Below are positions 22,470 through 35,499 of a stretch of 64,000 nt of DNA, one piece after another. The notes beneath the pieces were generated by a model. It was not told the DNA's origin. It worked only from the letters and a program-made list of their open reading frames with translations, and did no database searches. A program made the translations under genes and the position numbers. Source of the stretch: Octopus vulgaris. Lineage: Eukaryota. The number at the start of each line of letters is the position of its first letter. Within the stretch, counting starts at the first letter, position 1. Location of the stretch: the NCBI GenBank assembly GCA_951406725.2, contig OX597833.1:33356001-33420000 (forward strand), in the 5' to 3' direction.

Positions 22470-24854
22470 GTTAGACAAAAAAAAAAAGCTATAATCTCTT
22501 TAAACTTATAGTCTGTGCCCTAATTTATTCACTCCTACAGTATTGTAATGTATAATTGTCGCTTGTTTTTGTTTTCCTTATTTAAGTCATCGAATCTCTA
22601 AAAGTTCTTTTCATTTGTTTATCAAAACAATTTCCTTAAGTTTTTGTTTATATTTTCATTTTAAGTTCCTCCTATTAATTACACGAATTATGTTACATTA
22701 TCGTACGAAGATTTTAAATTTATATATTTGCGAATATATTAAATATTTGTTACGCACACATACTAAGTTCATGATCACTACCTTCCACTCTGTAACCGTT
22801 TCTTCAATTTCTCAAAGACTAGTTCTCATATTTTACGTTCTTGTAAACGTGGCACTGGAATCAATATCGTTTACTGAGTTTAGGGTTTTATTTTCTCTCA
22901 AATTCATGTTTCTATCGAATTCTTGTCTGCCTCTGAGCCCACTGTAATTCTGTTTACAGATATAAATATAAAGGAATTATGCTTAAAGAAGTCGTCTTCC
23001 TTTTCTGTCTAATCAATCACTTAACCCACTTTCGTGTGCTTGATTGGAATGGTTTCATTTTACTGCACTAATGTCTCTAAAAATGGCATCAATTTCACAT
23101 CTTTCTCCCATCAACAGTATTCGAAGAGGGAAGTTTCTACACAATCACAGGCACATTACCCTCAAATCACACTTTGCTGTAATAAAAGGATACACTGGCT
23201 AGTGTTGCCCTCCATAGACTAATTATTAATACAGGATGATCACCTCTTTAACCATAGTTCTGGTCAATCAAGACTGACCTGCAACTAAATAACATCAGTA
23301 TTTGGTTGTCTTACCCAACCAATTTCCTGTACTGAATTAGATAGTCTGGATCAATATTGAGTACCAGATACATACGGGAACCCGATACAGTGGGCTATAC
23401 CCGCTACACTCTCCTTTAAATATAGAGTTAATGGAAAAAGCTTGTTAAATATTTAAATGCATTACCCTATGTAGTTTCAAGCCAGGTTGTACAAATCCCG
23501 CTAGTGGTTTTGTCCTTCATCCCTCATTAGTTGGTAAATTAAATACTAGTAATAAACCGAATTCGATTCAAATAACTGAATCCTCTCCTTTATTGTAATT
23601 ATTATCTTAAGGAGAAAAAAAGGTGTAGGAAATAAAAATGGGCAAGGGTTAGTGTTGGGGAAAAAGTCGAAATTGAAGTTGGTGGGGGAAAAATTTCACA
23701 ATGCCGATTTTTGGCAATTTTCCGGAACCTGGGATTTTTGGAAAAAAAAAAGAAATTACAAAAATAAACAAATTTGGGAGAAAATTTCTCAAAAATGTCC
23801 GGTAAGCAAGCGGCAGAGTGGAGGCCTTTGGCAAATTCGCAAGATCCCTCATAACGAATGAGGTTGACTGTTGAACATTTGAAAGCAATTCTCTTGGTTG
23901 GTTGCAGCAATTCCAAAGCAAATATTGATGATATCTTCAAAGCTAAACACCAGTTTTGCAAATCTCACTAACCATTTTTTGATGCTTAGTTTGTGAGATT
24001 TGGATATGTGTGCACTGGGTGTGATGTAACTATCTTATTGCTAATGCCACCTTCTTTAATAACTTTTTGGTAAATAAATTTGTTGTGTATTCACAGTATT
24101 GTACTGAACAAAATGGTTATGCAGCCTGCTGTGAAGAAAGTTTGGTAACCCTTGCTCTAGTGTGTCATGATTCCAACATGGCACCACAAGGGGAACTTGT
24201 CTGGTCACATGACACTCTTCTCTGAAAACCCACTAATCAGGCTGCAAGCACCCTTCCTCAGTTGTACTTTTACATCATGAGAAGACTTTCATCTATTACA
24301 GCAGTCTTCCCAGGACTACCTTTCTGAACTGGGCTGTGGAGCAAGTCTTCCACACATATTTTACAAACATGGGTATTGAAATCAACAGCTGTGCTGTGGC
24401 TCATCCCAGTTCTTCAACCCAAAACTGAACTTGACCTATGAGAGAGAGGAAAAAAGCAATACAGTCCTAAGAGGAAAGGTGCCACCTTCCAACCATGTAT
24501 CTTTTATGACAGACACACACTCGTTGCATTCTTTTTGGGAACACAGCCTATAAATTTTCCCAAGAAGCACCTTGTTCATATAAATGTTTTTTGTACATAA
24601 TTTTCTTTTAGAGATAATACCCTTCTCTTACAAGTAAGAAACCACATTCTCCTTGGTTTTCAATTTTACTGTCATATTCAAAAGATTAAATGAGTTGGCT
24701 GTGGCCGTACATCTATTTAGGTTGAAAAGGCCCAGGAAAACACACAGTTCAGAATTATGAAAATGAGGTATTGAGAGGACAGTAATTGAAAATAGGCACT
24801 TGTCAAAGACAATGTAGACAGGTAAAGACAATTTACATGGTTGTAGTAGTTTAA

Positions 24855-25076
24855 CCCTTTTAATAATTACTCTAGTCATATCCAGCCAAAATAATCTGCC
24901 TCTTTTGTGTTCAAACTGGCCAGATCCAACATCTCACACCCACCCTACTATGTCATTGTAAAAATTAATAAATCACATCATCAAAATCTCAAAGCTGCAA
25001 GTTAATGCATGATTAATTCAAAGCAATGTGAATAGATATGTATTACATTTGATAGAAAAATCTAAATGGTAAAGAG
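24855..25076. mobile_element. TTAA-flanked MITE, degenerate copy
   Basis: Same family as 55919-56138. Confidence 0.7.
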
Positions 25077-25578
25077 TTATGCAGACTATACTTTGGTTTG
25101 TTACTATGGAAACGGGCACCAATTTCAGCAGCTTTTGATTGGTTAAAATTACCCAAAATTTACAAATTTTAAAAGCCTTCAACTTTTTATTAATTTATTA
25201 CAAAAATAATTTTCATTTCCATGATTAGCATGCAAAACTGCATCAGAAAACAAAGCTTGAAAAAAAATTGAACAAAATTAAAAGAATGGAAAACTGTAAC
25301 AACAGAAAATAATCTGATCATTTTTCTAGCTGCCTCTATATTAACATGGATTGAATGGATCTGTTCTAACAGAGCATCTTGTCACATTCCTTTGTCATCT
25401 GATTCAACAACAGAGAATGCCACCATTCTTTTGTTGTTTACATCATGTTTCTGTTTATTTATTATTTTATTTTACTTCATGGCTAGATTCTCTTATTTTT
25501 GTTCTATAGGTAGAAATGTAGCTAATTGGATAATTCACTACTTTACATTTATAACATTTTAATGTTTAGTACATCCTA

Positions 25579-25921
25579 GATGCAGGAGTGGCTGTGTGGT
25601 AAGTAGTTTGCTTACCAACCACATGGTTCCGGGTTCAGTCCCATTGCGTGGCATCGTGGGCAAGTGTCTTTTACTATAGCCTCGGGTCGACCAAAGCTTT
25701 GTGAGTGGATTTAGTAGAAGGAAACTGAAAGAAGCCCGTCATATATATATATATGTATGTATGTGTCCCCACCCCCAACATTGCTTGACAACCGATGCTG
25801 GTGTGTTTATGTCCCCATAACTTAGCGGTTCGGTAAAAGAATAAGTCCTGGGGTCAATTTGTTCAACTAAAGGCGGTGCTCCAGCATGGCCTCAGTCAAA
25901 TGACTGAAACAAATAAAAGAA
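25579..25921 (+). mobile_element. tRNA-derived SINE, near full length
   Basis: A-box TGGCTGTGTGG, B-box GGTTCAGTCC, central gggcaagtgtctt, internal (TA)n, tail tgactgaaacaaataaaaga. Other copies at about 19615-19785(-), 26340-26685(-), 46925-47060(-), 47090-48100(+) and 60830-60975(-). Confidence 0.85.
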
Positions 25922-28511
25922 TATATATTTTTTCTTAATTTGCCCCAATATTCTAGCTCCTCTGCAGCACCTACAATTAGTACAGCTTGAAAATTATATC
26001 AGAGAATGGTGAAAAAGCATAACACAACATTGGAGAGACAGTTGTAGATAGATGAGAATTGTGATAGACAACAATTTGTGCTGCTAATGAACTGATTCAA
26101 TCTTGTTTCAGTAGAAATATGATACTTTCTGCTAAAACATAATTTTTAAGAGACAGGAGTAGTGTCTTTGAAACTTCTATTGTTTGGCTATTTAATACCA
26201 TTATGACATTTATACTCAGTATTTCAATATCTGAGTAGCAGGTCTTACATAAATTGCTTTGTTTAAGAACACAGTGCACACTCGTTTTTTAAAGAAGTCA
26301 ATTCTCTATTCATCATTACAATTCTTTCTGTTTTTTATCTTTTACTTGTTTCATTCATTAGTCTGGGGCATCAGCTTGAAGAACTTTTAGTCAAATGAAT
26401 CAATCCCAGTGCTTTTTTTTTAAGCTTGCTACCTATTCTGGAATATTTTTTTTTCTGAACTGTTAAGTTACAAGGACATAAATACACCAACACTGGTTCT
26501 CAAGTGGTGGAGTGGAGGGACACACATATATGTACAACAAGCTTCTTTCAGTTTCTACCTACTTGATCCACTCACAAGGTTTTGGTTTGTCCAAGGCTTT
26601 AGTAGAAGACACTTGCCCAAGGTGCCACATAGTGGGACTGAACCCTGAACAGTGTGGTTGGGAAGCAAACTTCTTACCACACCTGCATCTGTATTCATGT
26701 TATATTTTGTTCAATAGATCATTATAAAAGAATTATGTTGAGGTATAATTATATATATATAATATGAGGGAATTCTGTAATTGTTGTTTGGAAATTCATT
26801 CAAAAGATAGGTCACTATAAGATTTTCCATGCTGAGTCATCTAACACACTGGAGAGAGATTTGATTACTATTTCTAGCAGGTTAAGTGAATATTTAGAAG
26901 ATCCCTCATTGGTACCTTCACTGATATTTTTGCAGTTTTGTTATACGGAATCCCTTAACTCCAATGAAAATCCCGTATGATTTACTGGCATCCTGTCCAG
27001 TGTTAGTTAAATAGATTTATGATTGATTTGTTCAATGCAGAGATTATTATCAGACTACTGATCCATGGGAGTCTGTAATGGAATTAGATTTCTTCCTTTT
27101 TAAATTTTGACAAGCTCAGGTGTCTTAGGGTTGGGGTTGAGGACATTGTCAAGTGAGGTGCTATTCTGGCAAGGATTGAAATAAAAATTAGTGCAGTAGT
27201 TAGTTTGGTCTACATAGTGAGTGGCCCACAGTGTAGTGGAACCTATTTATAGATAGTTGAATCAATTAACAAAGATGTTCCACCTTTGACTACGCAATTT
27301 TTTTATTCAGACATAGTACTCACAGAACTGTATAGTTAAATGTTTCCTTCTTTCAGCTATCAAAAGGTGTAATTTGAAGTAGATTTGGCTGCTACTTCTA
27401 GAAGGTCAATAGACCATGTAGAGCACACACACCCCCACCCCGCCTTTTTTTTTTTTTGTCTTCCAGATCAGCCCTACTCAAGCAAACCCAAAATTAAAGG
27501 CATTCCAACCATGCCCATACTGTCTTTTATAAAAAACCCACCAGATTACATTACGGTAAGATGTAGTTTGGCTGTTATTTCTAGCAGATAAAGTAACCAT
27601 TTAGAGGCACTCCCTCATTGGTTTTCTATTGCTGGTGATCCACTCTGATACAAAAGATAGGATATAAATTAGCTGCCTACATCCATCCCCATCCAGTCTG
27701 TAGTCTGGCATGTTAGTTAATCTCTGTAGTGTGAAACTAATATTCTTGAACATTATTACAACAGCTATGTAGAATAATAGTATAAAAGTGCCTCTTTGAT
27801 GGGATTTTTATTCTGGAGCATGTGGGTGGGTAGCTGGATGGATTTTGTTATTACTAAATTGTGTATAGATGTGTTACCAGGAAATTAATATTTATTAAAA
27901 AAGCAATCTTTTTCTCTAATGAAAAATAGTTGCCAGACAGTTTTTAATCTATTTTCCCTTTTCACTTGCTAGAAATCAAGAAACAACCTTGACATCTTTC
28001 AAAATAGTCTTTCAATTACATATAATGTAAATTTAACTCTCTCTTTCTCTCTCTCTCTCTTTTCCTTCTCATTTATTCTTGCATTTATTGCATCTACTTA
28101 TGATCAATATAATGCTCAAGAAGTGATTTGCATTATTGCCTCAGGACAGCTATTGTTAATAATACTTATGACAATGATGTTTGTATTGGTGATGATGTTG
28201 ATGTAACAGCAGGCTATAAAATTATAAAATTCTGATAGCTGATGATAATTTAAAGATGTGATGATTAACTGGTTGGACTATTTGAACCAATAATGATAAA
28301 TTTAGACTACTTCAAACACAGGGCTGTGGAGAGAGGATTCTCTCTAACCCCACTTCTCTCCAGCCTTCATCAGGTGTCTTGGGGAAATTTCGAACCTGGG
28401 TTCTCATTCCTAAGGTATTTTTTGTTCTTGTTGTTGTTTTCAAGGTGGCATTCTGACAGAATTGTTAGCACACTGGGCGAAATGCTTAGCAGTATTTCGT
28501 CTGTCATCATG

Positions 28512-29360
28512 TTTTTCCAAGTAGTCAGACTTGTCCAACACCACTGTAGCATTTCCCTTGTCTGATGAAAGTATTATGGTGGAATTGTCCCTCTGTAGTC
28601 TTTTGATAGTGAACGTTTCTTCCTTAGTGATGTTTGGTTTGGGAAGTTTCACTTTTTCTAGCACCTGTCTCACTTTCCATCTTAGTTCATCTCCCTGAGC
28701 TTTTGGTATCTTTATGGCTATCTCTTCAATATTATGTCCAAGTATGGAATGTGCTTGATGGTTGTCACAAAGTTGAGACCTTTGTTTAGTACTGCTTCTT
28801 GCATTAATTACTGCTTTAGTCTTCATTCTCTGACCTTTGAGTTTCATAAACTTCTTAATCTGGCGTGTCTTCACCATTTCAAATTCTTTCATGTATGACT
28901 TTTCTAGATCTTGTTGGATTCTCTTTCCATCATCATCTCTGGTTATTTTCCTAAGTAATGAAGATAACCTCTCTTTGATTTCATTACTTAGTTGATGTTT
29001 TTTCCAACAGTTGTAGCGGATCCTCTTGCGGAAGAGGGTATGTCTTGCCTTTTCTGCTACTCTTCTAGCATTATATGAATCCACTGGTGTCATTATATTC
29101 AAGCCAGGTGGTACTAGCTTTGAATCTCTACCACCTGGCTTGAATATAATGACACCAGTGGATTTATAAAAAGCTAGAAGAGTAGCGGAAAGAGCAGAAC
29201 ATGCCCTTGTTCGTGAGAGTCGTACATGAAAGAATTTGAAATGATGAAGGCTGGAGGGTATATCAGCCAAAACGTTGTGTTAACAACAAACAAGATGAGG
29301 ACAAATATCCATCGAATGTAAATAATGTACATAATTCCTCATCTCTTAAATACAGAACTG
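28512..29360 (-). mobile_element. Penelope-like retroelement fragment with internal inversion and pseudo-LTR
   Basis: Peptide KPNITKEE...IKRLQRDNSTIILSSDKGNATVVLDKSDYLEK is the typical PLE pre-RT DKG motif. 29129-29360 is in the opposite orientation. Confidence 0.8.
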
Positions 29361-30757
29361 TATCTCTCTGTTGTAGTCCTTCATCTCCTTTTTAAGGCTC
29401 AGTATCTTTAGATCTACCATCACAACTTCTGCCTACATCTGTTTTTATAGTCTTCAGGCTTCTACTTGCATCATCTGATAGATTTTCCCTGCAACTGTCA
29501 TTTTTCATGTGCATCACATTTCCATATCATTGCAGTCTTCTCTCTTGTACACTACAACGAAATATACACCGCCGGAAGTTGTTGTTGACAAACAACAGCA
29601 GTAATTTTATTCAGCTGAATACACATCATTGATTGGTTGAAATTACTAAAATACAACGTTAACACGAAATCACTTTGAAAATACAAACTTTTCTCAACAA
29701 CACTAAGAGTAAAAGATGTTTTATATGACACATTCTACCAGTGTCCGAAGTTTGAAAGTGTTTAGTTACAAAAAATTAATTTCTCGATATGCCGTTCAAA
29801 GGGTAAATATCCATTATTCCCACCAGCAATGAGGTAGTCTGTATATGACTGCTTGACCCGCTAGAAATATTTCCATCAAATTACACTCAGCACCTTAAAG
29901 ATTGGAAGGACACATTGTATAATGTGGCTGTAGATTACATACATGATGTCTGAACTTTAAAAGAAAATGGGAGAGTCAGAGCTGGAATAGCTTTGTTTAT
30001 TGGTTGTGTTTAGTGAAAGCTGACCTAGAGGTAAATGACAACATACTACACAGATGCTGTTTAGGGAACTTTTTTGTCTTTTCACAAACAAGACACAGTT
30101 TACATAAAAAGATATTGAATTAATAGCATAATAATAATAATGCTTCCTGTTTAGAAACCTTATGAGTTTAGCAATTAGATTTAGTTCTGCAAAAATTTGA
30201 ATTCAAACCCATAAAATAGTGACTTAGTTACATAACATGACTTGACTTCTCACCATTAATACTTAATATCCTTTTTTTTTTTTTTTGAAATGTACCACAA
30301 GAGTATTTCAGAAGGCTGTCACATGTGTGAATACTTTTTTTTACATGGGCCATGACATCTCAAAGCTTAAGATAGGCAGAACATGGAAATTGTGATGTTA
30401 GTCTCAATTTAGAGAACCATAAACAAATGTATGCAGATTATTTTCACTCTTTTAGTGCATTCTCTCTTTGTCCATCCATCCATAATTCAGTGTATGTGTG
30501 TATCTATTAAGACAAGCAGAATATACATTTGGTCCATCATAACATTCTAACCATTTGTCTTCATGACAGAATACATTTTTATTGCTCTTAGCTAATGAGG
30601 TGTGAAATGGCCCTTTCTCTACATGCTCAAGAATACTACATGCTGCTCTGTCCAGGAGTTAAACCCACAACCCTAAGATCATAAGCTGAACACCCTAACC
30701 TCAAAGCTACTCACCTTCACATTTAACGTTTAATGCAGCATTAAAAAGTTAGCAGTG

Positions 30758-33131
30758 TGTGGTAGGAGAGAAGTGTGTTTGCATGGAAGATGGTTCACTT
30801 GTGCTAAATGAGGATGCAAAGAGAGAGGTTTGGAGACGCCACTATGAAAAGTTGCTGAATAAAGAAAATGAATGGGATAAAGAGAGTCTGCCGAATTTTG
30901 ACCCAACAGAGGGACCAGCTATCAGAGTTGATAGTTCCTTGGTAGTTAAGGCAATTAGAAGCATGAAGACAGGGAAAGCCCCAGGCCCATCAGGTATCAC
31001 TGCAAAGATGCTCAAAATATCTGGTAGCGTCGGCTATAGCCTAGTCACCCGTATAGTTAATCAAGTGATACACGAAGGAGTCATACCCAATGACTGGTGT
31101 AGCAGCATGATAGTCAACTGCTACAAAGGTAAAGGTGACGCCCTAGATACAAATAATTACAGAGGTATCAAGCTGTTGGATCAGGTGATGAAGGTTACGG
31201 AGAGGGTCATAGCCCAACTAATTAGAGAGAGAGTTAGTTTAGATGAGATGCAGTTTGGGTTCGTGCCAGGGAAAAGTACCACTGATGCTATATTCCTGGT
31301 AAGGCAGCTGCAGGAGAAATACCTAGCCAAAGATAAGCCCCTGTACTTGGCTTTTGTTGACATGGAGAAAGCCTTCGACAATGTCCCCCGATCCCTCATC
31401 TGGTGGTCAATGAGGAAACTAGGGATAGATGAATGGTTAGTGAGAGCTGTGCGAGCCATGTACAGGGACGCTGCTAGTAAGGTGAGGGTTGGCAACGAGT
31501 ACAGTGAAGAATTCCAGGTAGAGGTAGGGGTCCACCAAGGCTCAGTCCTCAGCCCCCTCCTATTTATCATAGTCCTCCAGGCAATAATGGAGGAATTCAA
31601 GACAGGATGCCCTTGGGAGCTCCCCTATGCTGATGACCTTGCTCTAATTGCCGAGTCACTATCAGAACTGGAGGAGAAGTTTCAGGTGTGGAAGCAAGGT
31701 TTAGAATCGAAGGGCCTTAGAGTCAATCTAGCTAAAACCAAAGTCCAAATAAGTAGGAAGGTAGACAAATCACAAACTCCTTCAGGTAGATGGCCCTGCT
31801 AGATCTGTAGAAAAGGTGTAGGTAGAAACTCTATAAGATGCACCAAGTGTAAGCTATGGACACATAAGAGGTGCAGCAATGTCAAAGGAAGGCTAACTAG
31901 GTAGATGGTTTTCGTATGTGGCAGATGCTCAGGAACAATAAACACTGAAAATGCTCTGAGACCAACTTCTGTCACTTTCCAGGGAGAAAAACTAGAAATA
32001 GTTGATAGCTTCCGTTACCTAGGTGACCAAGTCAGTAGCGGGGGTGGATGTGCTGAAAGTGTAACTGCTAGAGTAAGAATAGCTTGGGCAAAGTTCAGAG
32101 AGCTCTTACCTCTGCTGGTGACAAAAGGCCTCTCGCTCAGAGTAAAAGGCAGACTGTATGACGCGTGTGTACGAACAGCCATGCTACATGGCAGTGAAAC
32201 ATGGGCCGTGACTGCTGAGGATATGCGTAAGCTCGCAAGAAATGAAGCCAGTATGCTCCGATGGATGTGTAATGTCAGTGTTCATAATCGACAGAGTGTA
32301 AGTACCTTGAGAGAAAAGTTGAACCTAAGAAGCATCAGTTGTGGTGTGCAAGAGAGACGTTTGCGCTGGTATGGTCATGTGACGAGAATGGCTGAAGATA
32401 GTTGTGTGCAAAAGTGTCACACCCTAGCAGTTGAGGGAACCTGTGGAAGAGGTAGACCCAGGAAAACCTGGGACGAGGTGGTGAAGCACAACCTTCGAAC
32501 TTTAGGTCTCACCAAGGAAATGACTAGAGACCGAGACCTATGGAACTATGCTGTGCGTGAGAAGACCCGACAAGACTAGTGAGACCATAACCTGTGGCCT
32601 CTACCTGGTATGTAGCCACTCGACTTATACATACCTTTCTTTCTTGGGACACAAAACTCCACTTGTGAAGACCCGTTGAGGCAAGTGAAAATCAAAAAAT
32701 CAAATCAAATCAGATATCAGAAAGCAGAACCAAAATCGAAGTCGATTAACATCAATGGAAATTGCAGCTGTGATACCAGTGCCGGTGAAGTAAGCGAACC
32801 ATCTGATCGTGACCGTTGCCAGCGCCGCCCCGACTGGTGACACGTAAAAAGCACCATCCGTTCGTGGCCGTTGCCAGCGCCGCCCCGACTGGCCTCCGTG
32901 CCGGTGGCATGTAAAAGCACCATCCGTTCGTGGCCATTTGCCAGCTGCGGGTGGCACGTAAAAAGCACCCACTACACTCGTGGAGTGGTTGGCGTTAGGA
33001 AGGGCATCCAGCCATAGAAACACTGCCAGATCAGACTGGGCCTGATGCAGCCTTCTGGCTTCACAGACCCCAGTTGAACCGTCCAACCCATGCTAGCATG
33101 GAAAACGGACGCTAAATGATGATGATGATGA
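30758..33131 (+). mobile_element. Well-preserved 5'-truncated RTE-clade LINE (RT ORF with two in-frame TAG stops)
   Basis: Single frame 30759-32579 with KAPGPSGI, NYRGIKLL, QFGF, AFVDMEKAFD, GVHQGSVLSPLLF, YADD and FRYLG. Stops at 31800 and 31902. Has a 3'UTR and (GAT)n tail. Confidence 0.95.
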
Positions 33132-33404
33132 GTACCATGCTTTATAGTGGATGTGGTTACTGCATCAATTTGCTGGTTTTTGGGGTTGTTGGAAGGTGTT
33201 AGTGTGGTCTTAGTGATGATGTTAGTGTCTTCTTTATATATTTCATTATTTGAATTCTAAGATAGTATGTATGAAACAAAGTCTGTATGGTCTCCAAAGC
33301 TAATCAAAGATTTGTGTGACAAAGCTTTGTTTTGTTTCTCTCGTGGCACTTTCAGCTTTTTTTCATTACAACTTTTTTGTTTTCTTTTTTCCTGTTTTTG
33401 ACAG

Positions 33405-33517
33405 TTTATGCAACGGACTGTGATCCGGCTTGAGAAAGAACAGAACGAAGATGAAAACAACAGACTCATTGATGATGAGCATTGGGTCATTGATCAGCCA
33501 GTAGAGAAATCAGCTCA
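33405..33517 (+). CDS. MPHOSPH6: MPHOSPH6 exon 2 (113 nt)
   Basis: Polypyrimidine tract...acag|TTT ATG CAA CGG...GCT CA|gtaagt. Translates FMQRTVIRLEKEQNEDENNRLIDDEHWVIDQPVEKSA. Confidence 0.95.
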
Positions 33518-34643
33518 GTAAGTAATCCACAAGTTAGCATGATGTATGTATGTGAAGAGAGAAGTATGGCACTAAGGGATAGGGTTGGTACTACTGCATT
33601 GCAGTGATTTCAAACCCTTTCTTCAACTCTTCATTTCCTGTGTTCCATTTGTTTAAAAATACCCCCCAAAAGAGTCACACGTCACTTAGACATTTTAAAG
33701 GAACAGCCATAAATTTGATGGTTCTTTGTTTTAAGAATGTTTCTGCTCAAGGGAACCTCTTGTTTTAATGTTTCAAATTGCTGGGCTTTCTAGTGAGTAC
33801 AATAAGTAGTGACTAACCACCCCACTTTTATTCAAGTACAATGTATCTAGGATTGTATTAACCCAGTGTGTGTCTGTTTTCCCATAACTTAGCAGTTTGG
33901 CAAAAAAGACCCGGGGTTGATTCATCATTGTTATTCAGTGTTTGTTTTCCATGTTGGCAAGGGTTAGACAATTTGACAGGAACTGGTAAGCTGGAGAGCT
34001 GCACCAGACTCCAGTCTGTTTTGGCTTGGTTTCTATGGCTGGATGCCCTTCCTAACACCAACAGAGTGTACCAGGTGCCTTTTATGCGTCATTTGACTAA
34101 AATTCTTCAAGGCAGTGCTTCAGCAATCTGCAGTTTAATGACTGAAACAAGCAAAAGTAAAGTGAGAGATTGGTGGAAGGGACAGACAAACACTTGTGTA
34201 TGATATTGAATCATTTATAAAAGATGTTTTATAAGCATAAGCTGAATTTTTGAAATAGCTGTAAAGGTATATCAAGGACTATAATTTCTCTGCCCAATAT
34301 GTTTATGTTTACATTTATTTAACATCATTTTTTGCTGATATTACAGCTTTGATAAGTGCATGTCTATCATTTGTCTCTTTATTATCTCTCAAACTATACA
34401 TTTCTTATAGCCCACCTATTGTTTCACTGGAATGACATAATTTGATGAAATTTTCTTATTGTTAAATAATATTTCATCTAACTATTTCTTCAAACTACTT
34501 TGTTATTTATGACTTTATACACTCTTGATCGTTTTCTCTTGTACTATATATTCTATATGGTTTGTAGTACGAATCCATATATTGTGACTTACATATCTAT
34601 ATTTATATTGCTCAGATTTTTGTTCACTTTTATTTTCTGGCAG

Positions 34644-34734
34644 GAGCTGTTTTGAAATCAATCCAAGCTATGTTTCCTGTGAAGGTCTGGTCTTTGGAAG
34701 AATGTCATTTTTAGGTTTCAATCCTGAAATTGAA
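34644..34734 (+). CDS. MPHOSPH6: MPHOSPH6 exon 3 (91 nt)
   Basis: ggcag|G AGC TGT...ATT GAA|gtaagc. Translates SCFEINPSYVSCEGLVFGRMSFLGFNPEIE (conserved GRMSFxGFNPExE). Confidence 0.96.
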
Positions 34735-35499
34735 GTAAGCAAGCAACTGATTGCTCTACACCATATTATTTGTTTTCAAAAATATTTGAAAGGCTGTTTA
34801 CCTTTAGTTAGTAGTATATGTGTGTAAAGCATTGACATAACCTATTAGTAAGGGAGTGAATGTGTGTGTGTGTATGTAAATAAACATATAAACACACACG
34901 TTTGTGTGTATTATAAGTTAAAAAAACAATGAATTCACAAACAAATGAAAAGCAGACACAGAAGGTCACCAACTTCTCATCAGTTGTCATCCAGAGGGTC
35001 AAGCACAGTTTCATACCTTCAACAATAATATTGCTCCCCTTCTGGTGGTGCTGACAAGAAAAAGCTGCCAGGAAGTGGCTAGCCAACAAATAAGGGATCA
35101 AGCATGACAAAAAGTGAACAAACAAGAAATAAATATGCAATACAGAAAGTGGACATACATGAATAAATGTAATTCAAGATGAGACCATTAGTGGACTGAT
35201 GAGGGACAAAGACAAAGTGTGCACATACGAACAAACTAAAATAAATGAATGGAATATGGCCTTAGAGCCAGACAGGAGACAGAAGTGTGGTTAACGCCAA
35301 GAAGAATATCCTTAAGGATTAGAAACAGGGCAACAGATAAACAGTGAAGCAGGTTGAAAGTGGGAGACTAGGAGAAAATACAAGTCACTTCAGAGTGAAA
35401 AGAGAATGTGACAATGACCATGGGTCATGTGTCAGTAGTAGAGGGCAGAGAGGAAAGGCAAGACAAGCAGATAGTGTAGAGAGGGAAAGGAAGAGGAAT

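Noticed and set aside
23546-23870. Possible minus-strand Helitron 3' end (CTAG at 23546 with a nearby palindrome) and overlapping ORFs
   Set aside because: There is no matching 5' end or homology to the other Helitrons, and the ORFs are low-complexity with no recognisable motif.
25579-25660. tRNA gene
   Set aside because: A and B boxes are present, but there is no full cloverleaf and it continues into a multi-copy SINE body.
28440-29270. 276-aa ORF as a novel host gene
   Set aside because: It is a mosaic of pseudo-LTR, an inverted arm, a Penelope ORF piece and a SINE head.
30759-32579. RT as retron, DGR, group II intron or domesticated gene
   Set aside because: The motifs, the APE domain in sister copies, the 5' truncation and the (GAT)n tail identify a non-LTR RTE retrotransposon. 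The two TAGs are sense codons in a sister copy, so they are mutations rather than recoding.
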